Shown: one piece after another, positions 30,582-43,415 of the stretch
Layout of the letters: every line of letters begins with the position of its first letter
Numbering within the stretch: position 1 is the stretch's first letter
Assembly: GCF_009914755.1 (NCBI RefSeq)
Contig: NC_060934.1
Strand: one strand, 5' to 3'
DNA: 64,000 bases
Source of the DNA: the human T2T-CHM13v2.0 reference genome, Homo sapiens
Program-made: the position numbers and the translations under genes
Notes under the pieces: model-generated
What the model was told of the DNA's origin: nothing
The model's input: only the letters and a program-made list of their open reading frames with translations
The model's database searches: none

Positions 30582-33157
30582 GATAGGTTCTGGAGATCTA
30601 ATGAACAGCATGGTGACTATAGTTAATAATACTATATTGTATACTTGAAATTTGCTAAGAGAGTAGGTCTTAAATGCTCTCACCACACACACAAAGGTAA
30701 TTATGTGAGATGATGGAAATAATAGCTTGATTGTGGTAACTATTTCACAAGATATACATATATCAAAACACTGCATTGTATACCTCAAATCTATGCAATT
30801 TTTGTCAATTATATCTCAATAAAGCTAGAAAAAACTAAAAAGTAAATAAACTCCGATACCTGATATGTTTAAAGAATACAAGATTTATTAAAATCTTTCC
30901 AGAATGCACCCTACTGACCACAGCATGATTATAATACTATTAATAGTTGCAGGGTCCCCAAAAGCAGTATCTGTGAAGCATTTAACGTCTACCCATTCAA
31001 CAATATTTGTTGAGCCTGAAGGCTAGGAAGTGTGCTAAAGACTAGGGATCCTTTGTATATGTCCTCAAAACCCTCTGTAGGCAAGAGAAGTTATTAGCCA
31101 AAGATGCTTAGACTGGATTTTTACCTCAGTAAAAGCTGATTATTTCAGTATCTCTAGTAGAAAATGTTCTGTTAGAATGCTGGACAACAGGGAAGTGCTG
31201 AGTAGGCCTCCAATAGCAGTCCTTTATTATGTGGCCAAATTATAAACTATGGGTTTATAATACCCTAAATGGTATGCAATTATAGGATAGCAAAATAAAT
31301 AAAATGAACATTTATTCTTCCCATAAACATTTATCGAACAGCTAGTCTATGCTTTGTGGCAAGTATGGAGATGAATCTGAACAGTTTACTAGGTATACTT
31401 CCTTAATTTGCCCATCTATGAAATGGGAATGAGTCCCTACTCTATAGTAATACTAAAAGCAGGTTTCTGAGAAGACATGAACAAATCCATGGAAAGTGCT
31501 TAGCACAGTTTCTAGTAACCAACAGTGCTCATTAAGTTGGATTTATTAAAATGTGGCATAGTTCACAAAGCACTTTTGCATGTTTTTTCACTTTTTTCCA
31601 CAACACTCATGCAACGTTGAGCGAATTAATTCAAATACAGTGATTTTGCCAAAGCCACATAATTAGTTAAAAATTGGAAGAGCCAAGACTAAAGTCAATT
31701 TTCAGAATTCCTGATTTTATTCTTTCTAATACTTTGAGTTGAAGTGTAGAGGCATCTTTTCCAACTCTGAAGAAGAAAATTCATGTTTTTATAAAGGTTA
31801 TTGTAATTCCTGAACTACTATTAATCATAGAATTGAGACAAGAAGATAGCTATTCTACTCAATTAAAGCTGTGCCTGAAACAACAGGTTAAACCAGTAGA
31901 ATTTTAACCAACTGACTAGTTTGGGGATGAACTAAGACAAAAAAACTATGGGTTTGTATGCGTGTGTGTGCACTCATGCATGTGCACGTATGCGTGTGCA
32001 TTAAGTGTGACAGGAATTTGTTTAGCTGCAAATGACAGAGGAACTAATATGGATTTAAACAAGATAGGAATTCATTTGTCTCACAAAAAAGAAATCCAGA
32101 TATAGGCAGTCCAAGCTGGTGTTGCAGTTCTACAATTTCAGGACTGTTCCAGATTCCTTTTCTCTCTCCATCACCCTGTCCTTAGTGTTTTGACATTCAT
32201 CCTTATGCTTGCAGCCTCCTGTTACAAGATTGTAACACCAAATTGACATATCATATCTTCATTTCAGGCAGAATAAAGGTAGCAAATACTTTCCCTAAAA
32301 TGTCAGCATACACCTCATTGGCTAGAATAATGTTACATGGCCACCCCTAGCTGCGAGAAAGTCCAGAAAAGAAATCACTTTTATTTGAGCATGCTGTTAT
32401 GTGAAATTAAATCAGGGTGCTCTTAGCAAGACAAAAGGTAAAAATGAATAGCAGTATATGCCATTCTAACTTGTTTTGATGACTTCAGCAGCCTTAGAAT
32501 ACACAAGTTAACTTAGACTCAATAAAAATTTAAATAGGTACATCATGCATAGGATACTTCTGATGTACAATTTACTCTTTTGTTGTTGTTGTTGTCGTTT
32601 TTCTTGGTTTCGCGTAGAAAACAAATGTAAAATTGGGGTTAAGATTTAGAAGAGTTACCAATATATCCAGGTCAGACCATTAGAATTTCACATGTGGCAG
32701 TTCTATAGAACTAGTTTATCAAGCACAACTCTTTAATTAGCATTAGAACTAATTAGAACTCTTTAATTAGCATTTCCTTTGAAAATATCTAAAGAGGACA
32801 TCCAAAACCAACTTGAAAACACACACAGCCACCTCAATTTTTACTGTTACTAACATTTTCTTCTAATTTAGGTCACTCCTCTATAGAAGTTGGTCAAATC
32901 AAGATACAGCTAAATGTGGTTTCACCAACAAATGCAAACTTCTGTGAATACAATATTTAAAAAGAAACAATAAAAAATGAAGAAGTTACTTAGCCTTTCA
33001 GGCTTTTATCAGCGCTCTTTTAAACCTGCTCTCACTACTTTGGTGAACATTTGTTTGCATGTATTCTGAAGAATGAGGTTAAGATACAATGAGGCTCATT
33101 AATTAGTGTGCCACTAATTTGGACTTGCTCTTTTACAGCTGAGATGCAGCTCTAAAA

Positions 33158-33361
33158 TTTACTGTCCAATATGGTGGCCACTAGTCACATGTGGCTGTTC
33201 AAATACAACTTACATAAATGAACTAAAATTAAAAATTCAATTCCTCTGACAATAGATACATTTCAAGTGCCCAAAAACTACATGAGGCTATTGGCTACCA
33301 TATTGGACAGTGCAGATACAGACCATTTCCCCTATTATGGGAAGTTCTACTGATAGCACTG
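33158..33361. mobile_element. MER3-like hAT-Charlie MITE
   Basis: ctgtccaatatggtggccactagtcacatgtggct...catttcaagtgc...ggctaccatattggacagtgcag; 8-bp TSD-like CTCTAAAA / CTCTAGAA. Confidence 0.8.
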
Positions 33362-34293
33362 CTCTAGAAGATTAAGATTTTAAAGAAGCAATATCAAGAC
33401 CAAATCATCTGAATGAGTATAGTCCATCACTCAGAGCATTTTTATAATTTATCTTTGGAAAAGATTTCAGAGCCCCTGTACAAACCACTTCAATAAAACA
33501 TCTTGTTTCGTTTCTTCTGAGTTTGCTGAGTGCCTCCTCAACAGCATACTCCAGGTAGTGTGCTACATGTGGGGACTCAAGGACTAATTAGACATAGTCT
33601 TTCCCCTCTGTGCCATGACTTATTTGGGGAACAAAAAACTAAGATGTAATGTAATAGGTCTATAAAGGTAAGTATGTACAACATGATCTGGGAACGGAAA
33701 GAAAGGAATGATTCTATTTAGGACATTAAGAAAATGCCTTCTTTTGCAAAGAATTCAGCTGAATGCCACACTAGGGGGAAAATTTTTAGCATAAAGGCTT
33801 TGAAAGACTACTACAGTATTTTAAAACAAAGGGCTGGCAAGAAATTACATATTCTGAATAGGTCATTCTGGCGGCCATTAGAGCAGGTAAGAAACTGAAG
33901 GCAAGACCAGTTGCCAGGCTACGGAAATAATTGGGGTTAGAGATGTTAAGGGCCTTGATTAGGTCAATGGCAATGGGAATCCAGAGAGAGAACAGATTCA
34001 AGAGAAGTCTGATTAAAAATACAAAGCTTGATCATCATCTACTTTATTCTTCAGTCTTGGCTGTGTATAGCATTGTGCAATTTTAAAAAATCATTCTCTA
34101 AAGATAAAGATTTATCACATCACTGGGGTTATTCTAAAGAATTAGTTGCAAAGATTCAAAAGTGTTTCAGTACGTTCAATTTTTATAAAAACAAAGGAAG
34201 AAACACTGTGGGGTGTGTGTGTGTGTAGATAGATACAAGAGATTCTGTAAAGATACACAGCAAGGTCTTAGTGACTATCGAAACTTAGTTTAA

Positions 34294-34830
<537 letters not shown>

Positions 34831-37753
34831 TAGGACAACATTCAGTTGAAATATTAAAATAAGTTGCACTATTTCATAGCTATACCTTCTAAAATTAAGG
34901 TATTAGTGGTATAAACCATTCTAAAATGACCTGTGCACCTATTTTGCTATTGTTCACTACATTAGTATTACTATACATAATTAAAATAGAAGTTATCTAT
35001 AATTTCGACCTTCCATTACCTTGTAATTTTGTCTTTCTTTTTCTTCCAGGGAAATAATGAGTTCTCTAACCCTCACTCCCACCCTGCCAAACCCTATTCC
35101 CCATAGGTATAATTAATGAGCTCAGGTCTTCCATCTGGACTTAGAAACATGAAATGCTTCTTCTGCCTCGCTCCTAGTTTTTCCAAAGCGAATGAGTTTA
35201 TACTTGGATACCCTCACTGTTGCACGTCTGACACTTGGCATAGCTAAAAAGCATCTTCTCCACACCTCTGTACAGAATGGCCAGAGCTCTCTGTATGTCC
35301 TGCTTTACAACACTCTCTTCTCCCACCTGGGTCTCCAGAAGCACACTGATGGCAGTTGGGAATGTGTCTCTCAAGCACACCACGAGTTCCCCCAGAGCTA
35401 TAATTCTACAGCTTTCCAGCAGGCCCCATTCCCATTCTCCAGCCCCCTCCTGGACTATGTATGAGGGAGGGATGAGGTGGTGGATTGAGGACATTTATTT
35501 AATAAGAAGTCAAAGGAAACATGAACAAATTATCATTTTTTACATGGAACTCACAAGCTAATTAATCAGAGAATTTGTTAAGAAATGGGTTATCTACTCT
35601 GGTGCAGTAGCAGAAATTAACATTTTTGACTTGCCTTGTTTTGCCAATATTTAAGCAGTTTGTTCTATTGAATGTGACTACATGTACAGACACACTTTTA
35701 TTTAGTCTCACACATGAAAAAAGAAAGCAGAAGGCCTGTTATCCAAGTGGTTTCTCATCCAAACATTTTTATAGCAAATTACTAAATCTAGTTGAAAACA
35801 ATAGGAAAGAGGATACTTTTCCCTCTAGTATTTGTTCTATCAACCTAGACTTAGCACAGAATATCTGAAATTGCAGCTAAAATAAAGGCTTCATTTTATA
35901 AAATAACATTTGAGTTGTTCCTGTATCCATGATCAGCATACAGACCTGCTAAAAGCAGAAAATAATGTTATGTTCCTCTCTATGGGATGAGTATTTCAGT
36001 AGTTTTAAGGAAAGAAAATCCTGAAAAAGAATTTAGAAAAATATTAATAGAAAGGAGGAGGATGCTTCAAAGTAATGCCGACATACATCATTTTCCCTCC
36101 AAGGCTATTAGCACTGAAATACTTTTTGCTGACTATATGGCACTTATTCTATACCTTTTGTTAATTAACAAGTAAATAGGTGGCAACAGCAACTATATTA
36201 AAGTAGAAAGCCTTTCTATAAATGAAAGTCAGAATTCAAAATTTAGAAGGCAACATTGTTTGCTTCAGATCTACTTGTTACAAATTGTGGGTTTGAAAAC
36301 ATGCAACCTTATCTCATGATGCACCATAACTAGTATTTAGTTATACTAATAACTCCAAATTATGTAAACAATAGATACCCCGAAATCATATTTGGGTTTG
36401 TTTCAGAGATATTTTTGGTTCTTATATTTGGACTTAGGTACTCTTGATCTAAAAATTCACTCAACCTCCAATAAAATAATGAAGGCACAGATAAAAAATC
36501 TGATAGAGCTGAATATCGAAATTCCTTGCTTTTAACAGGCGATACAGCGCATTCTTACTCTCTTTTCTCCTAGATCAGCAGGTGTCCCCGCCGCTCCAGT
36601 AGACTGAGAAAAAGGAAAAGGAGGGGGCGACAAGAAAGGAAAGGAAATTGTCTAGGTGTCCTGGTGGTGGAGGTGGGGGGTATTTTAATTTCATAATTAA
36701 AAGCTCTCTTCTTCGGCTTTCAAGTTTTTACTCCTATTTGTAATGATTTGATTGAGGACTGTGCAGCAGAGTTTGGGTATGTACATCTCTAACATAAACG
36801 GAAAGGAACAAGGAAGGGACGGATAGGAGACAGCAAAGGGTTGCGGGGAGAGAGCAAAACGTAGGCGCGTGGGGACGGGAAGGGAGAGGCGGATTTGGCA
36901 GTCAAAGAGGGACGAGAGGAACAGGAATGGAAAGTGTGGACTGGCCGTCCAATCCTATGGGGGAAGGGGAAAGGGGGGGCCCACCACGTCGCACTCCTCC
37001 CCACCTCCAGGCTTTTCCTGTGTAGGCTGAAGCCATCCAGGCGTGTACAAAAGAGTCGGTTGCTGAGCCAGGAAGGCTGTCTCCCCGGGCTGCGCAAGCT
37101 CCGGGCCGCCTCTCCTGGGCTCAGGAGGGCGGGCAAGGATAAGAAGGCAGAAGCCCCAAGGCGGACAGCTTTGTGGGCGCCTGGAAGAAGGCGAAAGGCC
37201 ACCAGCCCAGACCCCGAGGGCGCTTGCCCGCGGGACTCGGCGCCGCAGGCCAGGGCCGTCCGTGAAGGGTAGTCTGTGCCTACGTCCTGCCCTACTGGTA
37301 CCACTCGGACACTCTATCCCCGTCCGACCCTTTGCAGGGCTCGACTTGTCTCCCCGACTGCCCGTCCCTAGTCCAGGTTCTCCTGCGCGGCCCGGGTGCG
37401 GGGTCTCCTCGTCATCTCGGGCGACACTCTGCAAACAATATGGCGGTCGGGCGTCGACCGTGGCGCCTTCTCTCCGGGCCCTCGGGGTTGACGAGGGGGA
37501 CTACCGCCGGCGCTCCCGACCCGCGACGCGCGAGCCCCGGGCGGGCGGGGGAGGCGAGAGCAAGAAACCTGTGGGACCTGTGGGGAGCCGCGTCCGCGGG
37601 GCTGGCGCGCGCGGGGGCGGCCTCGGGCTCGCGCGCAAAGGCGCGGGCGCGGGCGGGGGCGGAGTGGCGGCGGCAGCGGCGGCTAGAAGCGGCAGCCCAG
37701 AGCCCTCTCGCGGCCGCGGCGGCAGCAGCAGCGCCAGCCCCAGCAACACTGAG

Positions 37754-37768
37754 GCCGCCGCCGCCGCC
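37754..37768 (+). repeat. (GCC)5 in HECTD2 5' UTR
   Basis: GCCGCCGCCGCCGCC ending 25 nt upstream of the ATG. Confidence 0.9.
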
Positions 37769-37793
37769 TGGCGCTCCCGCCGCCCGGCCCGAC

Positions 37794-37931
37794 ATGAGTG
37801 AGGCGGTTCGGGTACCCTCGCCCGCCACTCCGCTGGTGGTGGCGGCGGCCGCGCCTGAGGAGAGGAAAGGGAAGGAGTCAGAGCGCGAGAAGCTGCCGCC
37901 CATCGTATCGGCGGGCGCCGGCGCGACCGCG
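37794..37931 (+). CDS. HECTD2: HECTD2 coding exon 1 (aa 1-46), HECT-domain E3 ubiquitin ligase
   Basis: MSEAVRVPSPATPLVVAAAAPEERKGKESEREKLPPIVSAGAGATA matches the HECTD2 N-terminus as I recall it; donor GCG|GTAGGT, phase 0. Confidence 0.95.
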
Positions 37932-39402
37932 GTAGGTGGTGGGCCGGGGCCGTCTGGCGCCCCGACGGCGGGAGTTGGGAGGGACGGCGGCCGGGCGAGG
38001 GCCGTCAGGAGGCCTGCGTTTACCCTGGGCACGCCCTGGCACTCCAGGGAGACGCACTCAGGCCGCCCTTCCTTGGGCAGAAATAAAAGAGTTGTGCCTC
38101 GTGGACAGCCCCGAACACTTCGCGAGGTACACCTACCACCCTCGGGAAATGTTGGGGGTGGTCGGTTCCGCTGGATGTTTGGGTTATTTTCTGGGGCTTG
38201 GGCCCCCACTTTCTCTAAGAGAATGACCTGCATCTTGAGTCGGCATGATCTGTTGGATGAGCATAGGTGTCAGCAGGCGGGAGTGGGTTTTCCACGGAGG
38301 TGCCTGCCTGCCTGCCTGCCTTGGAGGCGCGCAGATTTTTGTCCTTTTCTTCGCTTTTCTTTCCCTTCCCCCTTCAGATTAAACAGGCTCTGCGGCGAGT
38401 TTCCACTTAATTGTGACCTTTCCGTTGCTGTCAGTGTAGTGGGAGGTAGATGCATCAGTGATGGTTTTATTTTTCATATGGTACAGACATGTGACTCAGG
38501 TGGGGGGAGGCTTTTTGAACCTTTTATTTAAACCCAAGTTATCTAAGCTTGACAGGGATGATTTCCCAGCTGTATCTTCGTAAGGGTTATTTGGAGAGCG
38601 CTGTCAGGCTTCAAACTACATATTGCCAGATGATGTCATGGGACAGCCCCCTCCCCCTCTTTCCCTATTTTTACTGGTGGTTGTGACTGGTTAATTTGAA
38701 GCACAATTTAAAAAAAAACCTCGGATTTTGCAATTTTTTATTTTGACATAATATTTAAGTACTTTTTGAAAGTTTGCTTTGATATATTTAAAGATCATGA
38801 CTTGTCATGCAGCTGTGTGTGACAAAATAGTAAAAGTTTAGTGAACATTATACATTTTCTTTATTCCTACTTGCGGTTCATTTCTTAAAACCTCCCTCTT
38901 AAATGACTAAGAACTTACTAAAATAGCTCACTCTTCGTTAAGTACTGTATTGGTGTTAGGAATAATTTTCGGATTCGGTAGGTTTTTCAAAAATGTCTGA
39001 GGGCCCTGATAACTGGAAATTGTTAAAACAAGCTCTTTAAATCAATGCAGCAAATTGCGAACAGTAATGATACACGTTTAAAAGCGTAGCTACAATTGAT
39101 TGGTAGATTGGAGCTGGGGTTAGGGATTACCCTAGAAAATGCTTTGAAGGAATTTGTCACCCAGCTGCTTGGAGACCTGGTTCCTGCTGCTGGTACCCTA
39201 GGTTTTCAGATTTTATATAGGAAGTCTTTAACTCACAGAATTCCAGCAGTTCATTTCTAAGTTGGTTGTTTAAAACAGTAAATGTATGTACTTATAGAAA
39301 CAGTTAAATGAGTGGGTTTAGGTCCTCAAGCAAACGCTCTCCCAAAAACCTATTCATCTCATAACTGAAAAATTGCCGTTTTGGAATTTGCAAGTGTGGA
39401 TA

Positions 39403-39692
39403 CAAGTCTACAGTCTGCTTTGGGATTTCAAGTTTTTCAGATTTTAGAAAGGTAATTCGGTACATATATCATATATTATTTAATACCCACAGTAAGGTCC
39501 TAGCCAGTTCTCTCTAATCAACCATCTTAATAACTGTAATGAAATTATGTGTTCATGCTAAAGGGAAAAAGTCAGTAGCGTCATGTCATTTCAGATTAGG
39601 TGCATGTTTTTGCCACCAAATGAGTTGCAAAGACACTTCAGTTTCAAGAATTTATAGGACTTTGAAATTGTAAATAGAGGATTATGGACTTG
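39403..39692. mobile_element. MER46C-like Tigger MITE
   Basis: TA-CAAGTCTACA ... TATGGACTTG-TA termini; tttttcagattttagaaaggtaat. Confidence 0.6.
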
Positions 39693-39809
39693 TACTACTA
39701 GACAAAGAGAAGAATATATTCAAGAAAAAAATTTAAATCTTGAATTAAACTTTGAAAAGGTATGAGTTGGAATAGAAGAGGATAAGGATAAATATACAAA
39801 ACTTGAGGG

Positions 39810-39930
39810 TTTTTTTTTTTTCTTTTTGAGACGGAGTCTTGCTCTGTCGCCAGGCTGAAGTGCAGTAGCCTGATCTCGGCTCACTGCAATCTCTGCCTCT
39901 CGTGTTCAAGCCATTCTCCTGCCTCAGCCT
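39810..39930 (-). mobile_element. 5'-truncated Alu right arm (AluSc-like)
   Basis: T tail + gagacggagtcttgctctgtcgccaggctg...ctcctgcctcagcct, then abrupt end. Confidence 0.9.
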
Positions 39931-40022
39931 TGCTTGTGCCTTATAAAGTCTTTCAGAGTCAGTACCATTGATTATTTATTTTTTAAAAAAAAAAACAATT
40001 TATGACAGGATCTGTGGCAGAA

Positions 40023-40048
40023 TGTGTGTGTGTGTGTGTGTGTGTGTG
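40023..40048. repeat. (TG)n microsatellite
   Basis: ~13 TG units. Confidence 0.9.
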
Positions 40049-42545
40049 TATTTGTCAAAGAGAGACTTCAAAGCTAGAATTCAGAGCTAATAGCAGTGAA
40101 AAGCTTAAGTGTAGAAAATCTATGCTTGGTCCTTAGTCCATCCAAAGGATAAGAAATCCAGGAGAACTGGGGTGGTGATTGACTTTTACAGCAGCTAGGA
40201 AGGCCTTGGTATGTGTGGGGAGGGGGAGGAGGTCTTGATGTGTGAGGTAGGTGGGCAGGGAAATACAGCTTGTGGCCTCTTGAGTTGTTTTTCAGCCTCC
40301 TGTAGATTAAATAGAGCTCCTAGAGGTTTGCTTAGGAACCTAATTGTCATCAATAACTTTTTCTTTGAGACATTCCAGTGATTGTTCCTTTTTGCCCCAG
40401 CCTAATGGTTCTGCCTGTCTAGTTTGTGTCTATGACTCAATTCGTGACCCTACAATAGTGGCTTTTTCAGAAAATCATTGTACCACATTTATAAATGAAT
40501 ATATATGAATAAAATAATATAAATATTATCAATAAGTAGAAGGTCAGTTTACAGTGACCCTAAATAAGGTTGAAGAGTTAGGCTGTATCCTTTATGTTTA
40601 CAGAAAGGTACAGGGGTGGGAGAAAGAATGCTGGAAAGGGCAGCCCTGAAGTGTTTTATCCTAAGACCATCTAAACGTGAAGGAAGTCCATTCCAGCTAG
40701 TGAGGAGGTGCCTAACACAGTGGTTTCAAGCCTGACTGACCACAGAGTTACCTTGGTAGCATATTAAAGTCCTCATTCCTACATCTCACCCTAGAGCACC
40801 TGTTTTCAACCTTAGATGCACAGTAGAATTAACTGAGAAACTTTTAAAGCCATCATTATCCAGGCCCAAATGCAGTATTGTTAAATCAGAATTTCTGGGG
40901 ATGTTGCTCAGGCATCTTTTTTAAATTTAATTCCCTGGGTATACCAAGATTGAAACTTGACACTCTATATACTGAATCAAAAGCTCCATGGGCAAGGTGT
41001 AGGAATCTGTATTTTTTAATTACCATCTCCCAAATCTACTTAGTTTGTGGAGCAGCGTTTGAAATGGACTTGTGACAGGTATGGATGAAGTGAACAAGAG
41101 ACAGTAGAAATCAGGCGTGGTGGGGAATTGAAAGAAATGGCAGTGGCAGTGGTTCCAGTTAGAGATTCTCAAGAGGCTCAAGATGGAGCCCTCAGAGACT
41201 TTCAGTGTTTGGGTCTTGGCCTTGCTGCTGTGGAGAGGTGATGCAAATCCATGGAGTCAAACAGAATAAAGAATTTGAAGTAATGTATGGATATGAAGGG
41301 CTGATGATGTGAATATTAAATTTACTGAGGTTGATGGATTGGAGTGGAATATTATAAATTAGTTACTGATGTATTACACATGTTTAAAAAAGTGGTGAAT
41401 GAGAAAGAAGAAAATGCTTAGAGGTGGGGCAGAAATAACAGTGGCAGCGAGGATGAATTTGACTGGCTACTTCTACACCTAATCAGGTGAACAGAAAAGA
41501 GAGGTTCTACATGGGGTAGAACCCTCTGGATAGGGTACCAGTACATTGGGTTCAAGAAAGAGCTAGATTTGACTTAGGTCAGAGAGGTGAAGAGAAATGG
41601 GAGGAATTTAGTTGAGAATTTTAAAGGGATGTTAGCCTATAATGGAAGACAAGGGGAAGAGTTTGAGGGTGAGCATAAGGTGTGTCGAGAGAATTTGATG
41701 GAAAGTTTAGTAACAAGAATGAGAAGTTGGCTTATCAGTTGTGTATAAATGGGGTTGATGGAGTCCCTGGGACAAAATGTAACTACCAATTATTGAACAT
41801 CTGTTATGTTTAGCTTTGTGCTAGGTGCTACAAAAAATGCAAAAAGACAAGGTTTTAAAAAATGGTCTCTGCCTCAGGGTATGCAGGGTTAACACATGAA
41901 AAGCAAAGCAATATGTAAAAACCACAATGAGCCATAGAAACAATTTGTACTATCAGAGATGAGAGAAAGGAGATCACTGTGTGCAGAACTGTGAAGAAAG
42001 GCCTTGAAGTAAAGGTAATTATTTAAGCTGGCTGGCCATTGAAAAATGATAGGATTTGGATAGGCAGAAGAAAGTGGGCAAAGTAATCCAGTGACGAAAA
42101 CAGCATGAGCAAGGCTTAAAAGGAAAAATTAGTGAGTAATAAAGCGAGCCCAGTGGAAGCATGCTGGGAACTTGTGGGAGGTGAGAAAGATTGCATGGGG
42201 GCTGGAGCCAGATCACTAGGCAGAAAAGCTTAGACAGTTTTTTTTTCCCCCTGCGGTTAGTGGGAAGCTATTGGAATTTCTGAAACAGAGGAACAACATA
42301 ATGAAATCAGTGGTAGTGTATAGTTAAACTAGAGGAGGGAGAAAGTGAAGAAAAGAGCTTTGTAGCTCATGCCTGAGGCAATGAGTGCATCCACTAAGGT
42401 GGTGGCCACAGGACAGAGTGTAAGGGATGGGAGCATACACACCATGTGGGACCTAACTAGACAGCAGAAATGAAAGAGAAGAAAGATTAATAAAGGAAAA
42501 GGACTCAGGTTTCCAGATGAGGTCAATAGCATTCCAAATTAGAGA

Positions 42546-42547
<2 letters not shown>

Positions 42548-42587
<40 letters not shown>
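42548..42587. repeat. (GT)n microsatellite
   Basis: ~20 GT units. Confidence 0.95.
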
Positions 42588-42591
<4 letters not shown>

Positions 42592-42764
42592 AACAACAAT
42601 ATGCCCAGCTAGGTATTTGGAACAATCTTGTATGAAAAATGTTGTGCTCTTTGTTCATTATGTTCTAAACAAGAGGTGAGATGGGAAAGAATGAATGCTA
42701 TGGTGATGATGTTTAAGTAATTGAATAAACTACAGATATTACAAATATACAAAATAAGTGTTTA

Positions 42765-43015
42765 TAACAATAATAGCTACTTATTGAGTGCCTACTCTGT
42801 GCTAAGCATTTGCCATGTATTCTTTTATTTAGTTAAATAATGCAACCAAAAGCAATCACAACAACCCTGTGAGGAAGATATTTTTCCACTTCACAGAAAA
42901 AGAATCTGAGAGTCAGGTTATGTGTACCTTGCTAAGGAGTAAAATGGCTAGTCAGGGACAGTGGTTGCTTTATAACAGAGATGTTTCCGACTCATGTTCT
43001 TTGCCCAATTCTGAA
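42765..43015 (-). mobile_element. MIR
   Basis: aataatagctacttattgagtgcctactctgtgc...cacaacaaccctgtgagg...ccactttacaga-like core. Confidence 0.7.
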
Positions 43016-43333
43016 CACTCGACATTTGCGGTCATAGGTAATAGGGACCATGTGGTACAAAGAAGCTGCACCTATGGCAGTATTTCTAGTTTGAAAAAGA
43101 GCATGTTGTCCAGTAACAAATTTGTTCAGATATTTGTTACTAGAGATAGAACAATCATGGGAAAGATATGTTCTAGGATATCTATTTGCTTTTTTATGGT
43201 ATGAATAGATCATTAAATTATATGTAAAATCAATCTGATTGAAGCAAAATAGTCCAAGAGACTTAATACATAAAAAGGGAGGGCTATGGCTTTATAAATA
43301 CATACCCAGCATGTCTCTAAGTTTGAGTGGGTT

Positions 43334-43415
43334 GTAAAGTCTCTTTGTCAACTTTTTTTTTAAACCACAAAGCCGTAAAGTCTCTTTGTCAACTTTTTTT
43401 TTAAACCACAAAGCC
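43334..43415. repeat. Perfect 41-bp tandem duplication
   Basis: GTAAAGTCTCTTTGTCAACTTTTTTTTTAAACCACAAAGCC x2 (43334-43374, 43375-43415). Confidence 0.95.

Larger units (their letters stand above)
36840..38400. promoter_or_regulatory. HECTD2: CpG island / HECTD2 promoter
   Basis: Dense CpG and very high GC against an AT-rich, CpG-poor background; multiple GGGCGG GC boxes (e.g. ~37538-37547, ~37655-37662); CCAAT at 36949; YY1-like CAATATGGCGG at 37436-37446; no TATA box evident. Confidence 0.92.

Noticed and set aside
36789-38233. Long minus-strand and alternative-frame ORFs over the CpG island (171, 159, 179, 273 aa)
   Set aside because: Expected from stop-codon scarcity in GC-rich DNA; Pro/Arg/Ala/Gly-biased with no recognisable homology.
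37932-38531. Open frame continuing 200 codons through the exon-1 donor (end of the 399-aa ORF)
   Set aside because: A canonical GTAGGT donor and an in-frame exon 2 explain the gene. The read-through is low-complexity GC-rich intron with no recognisable domain.
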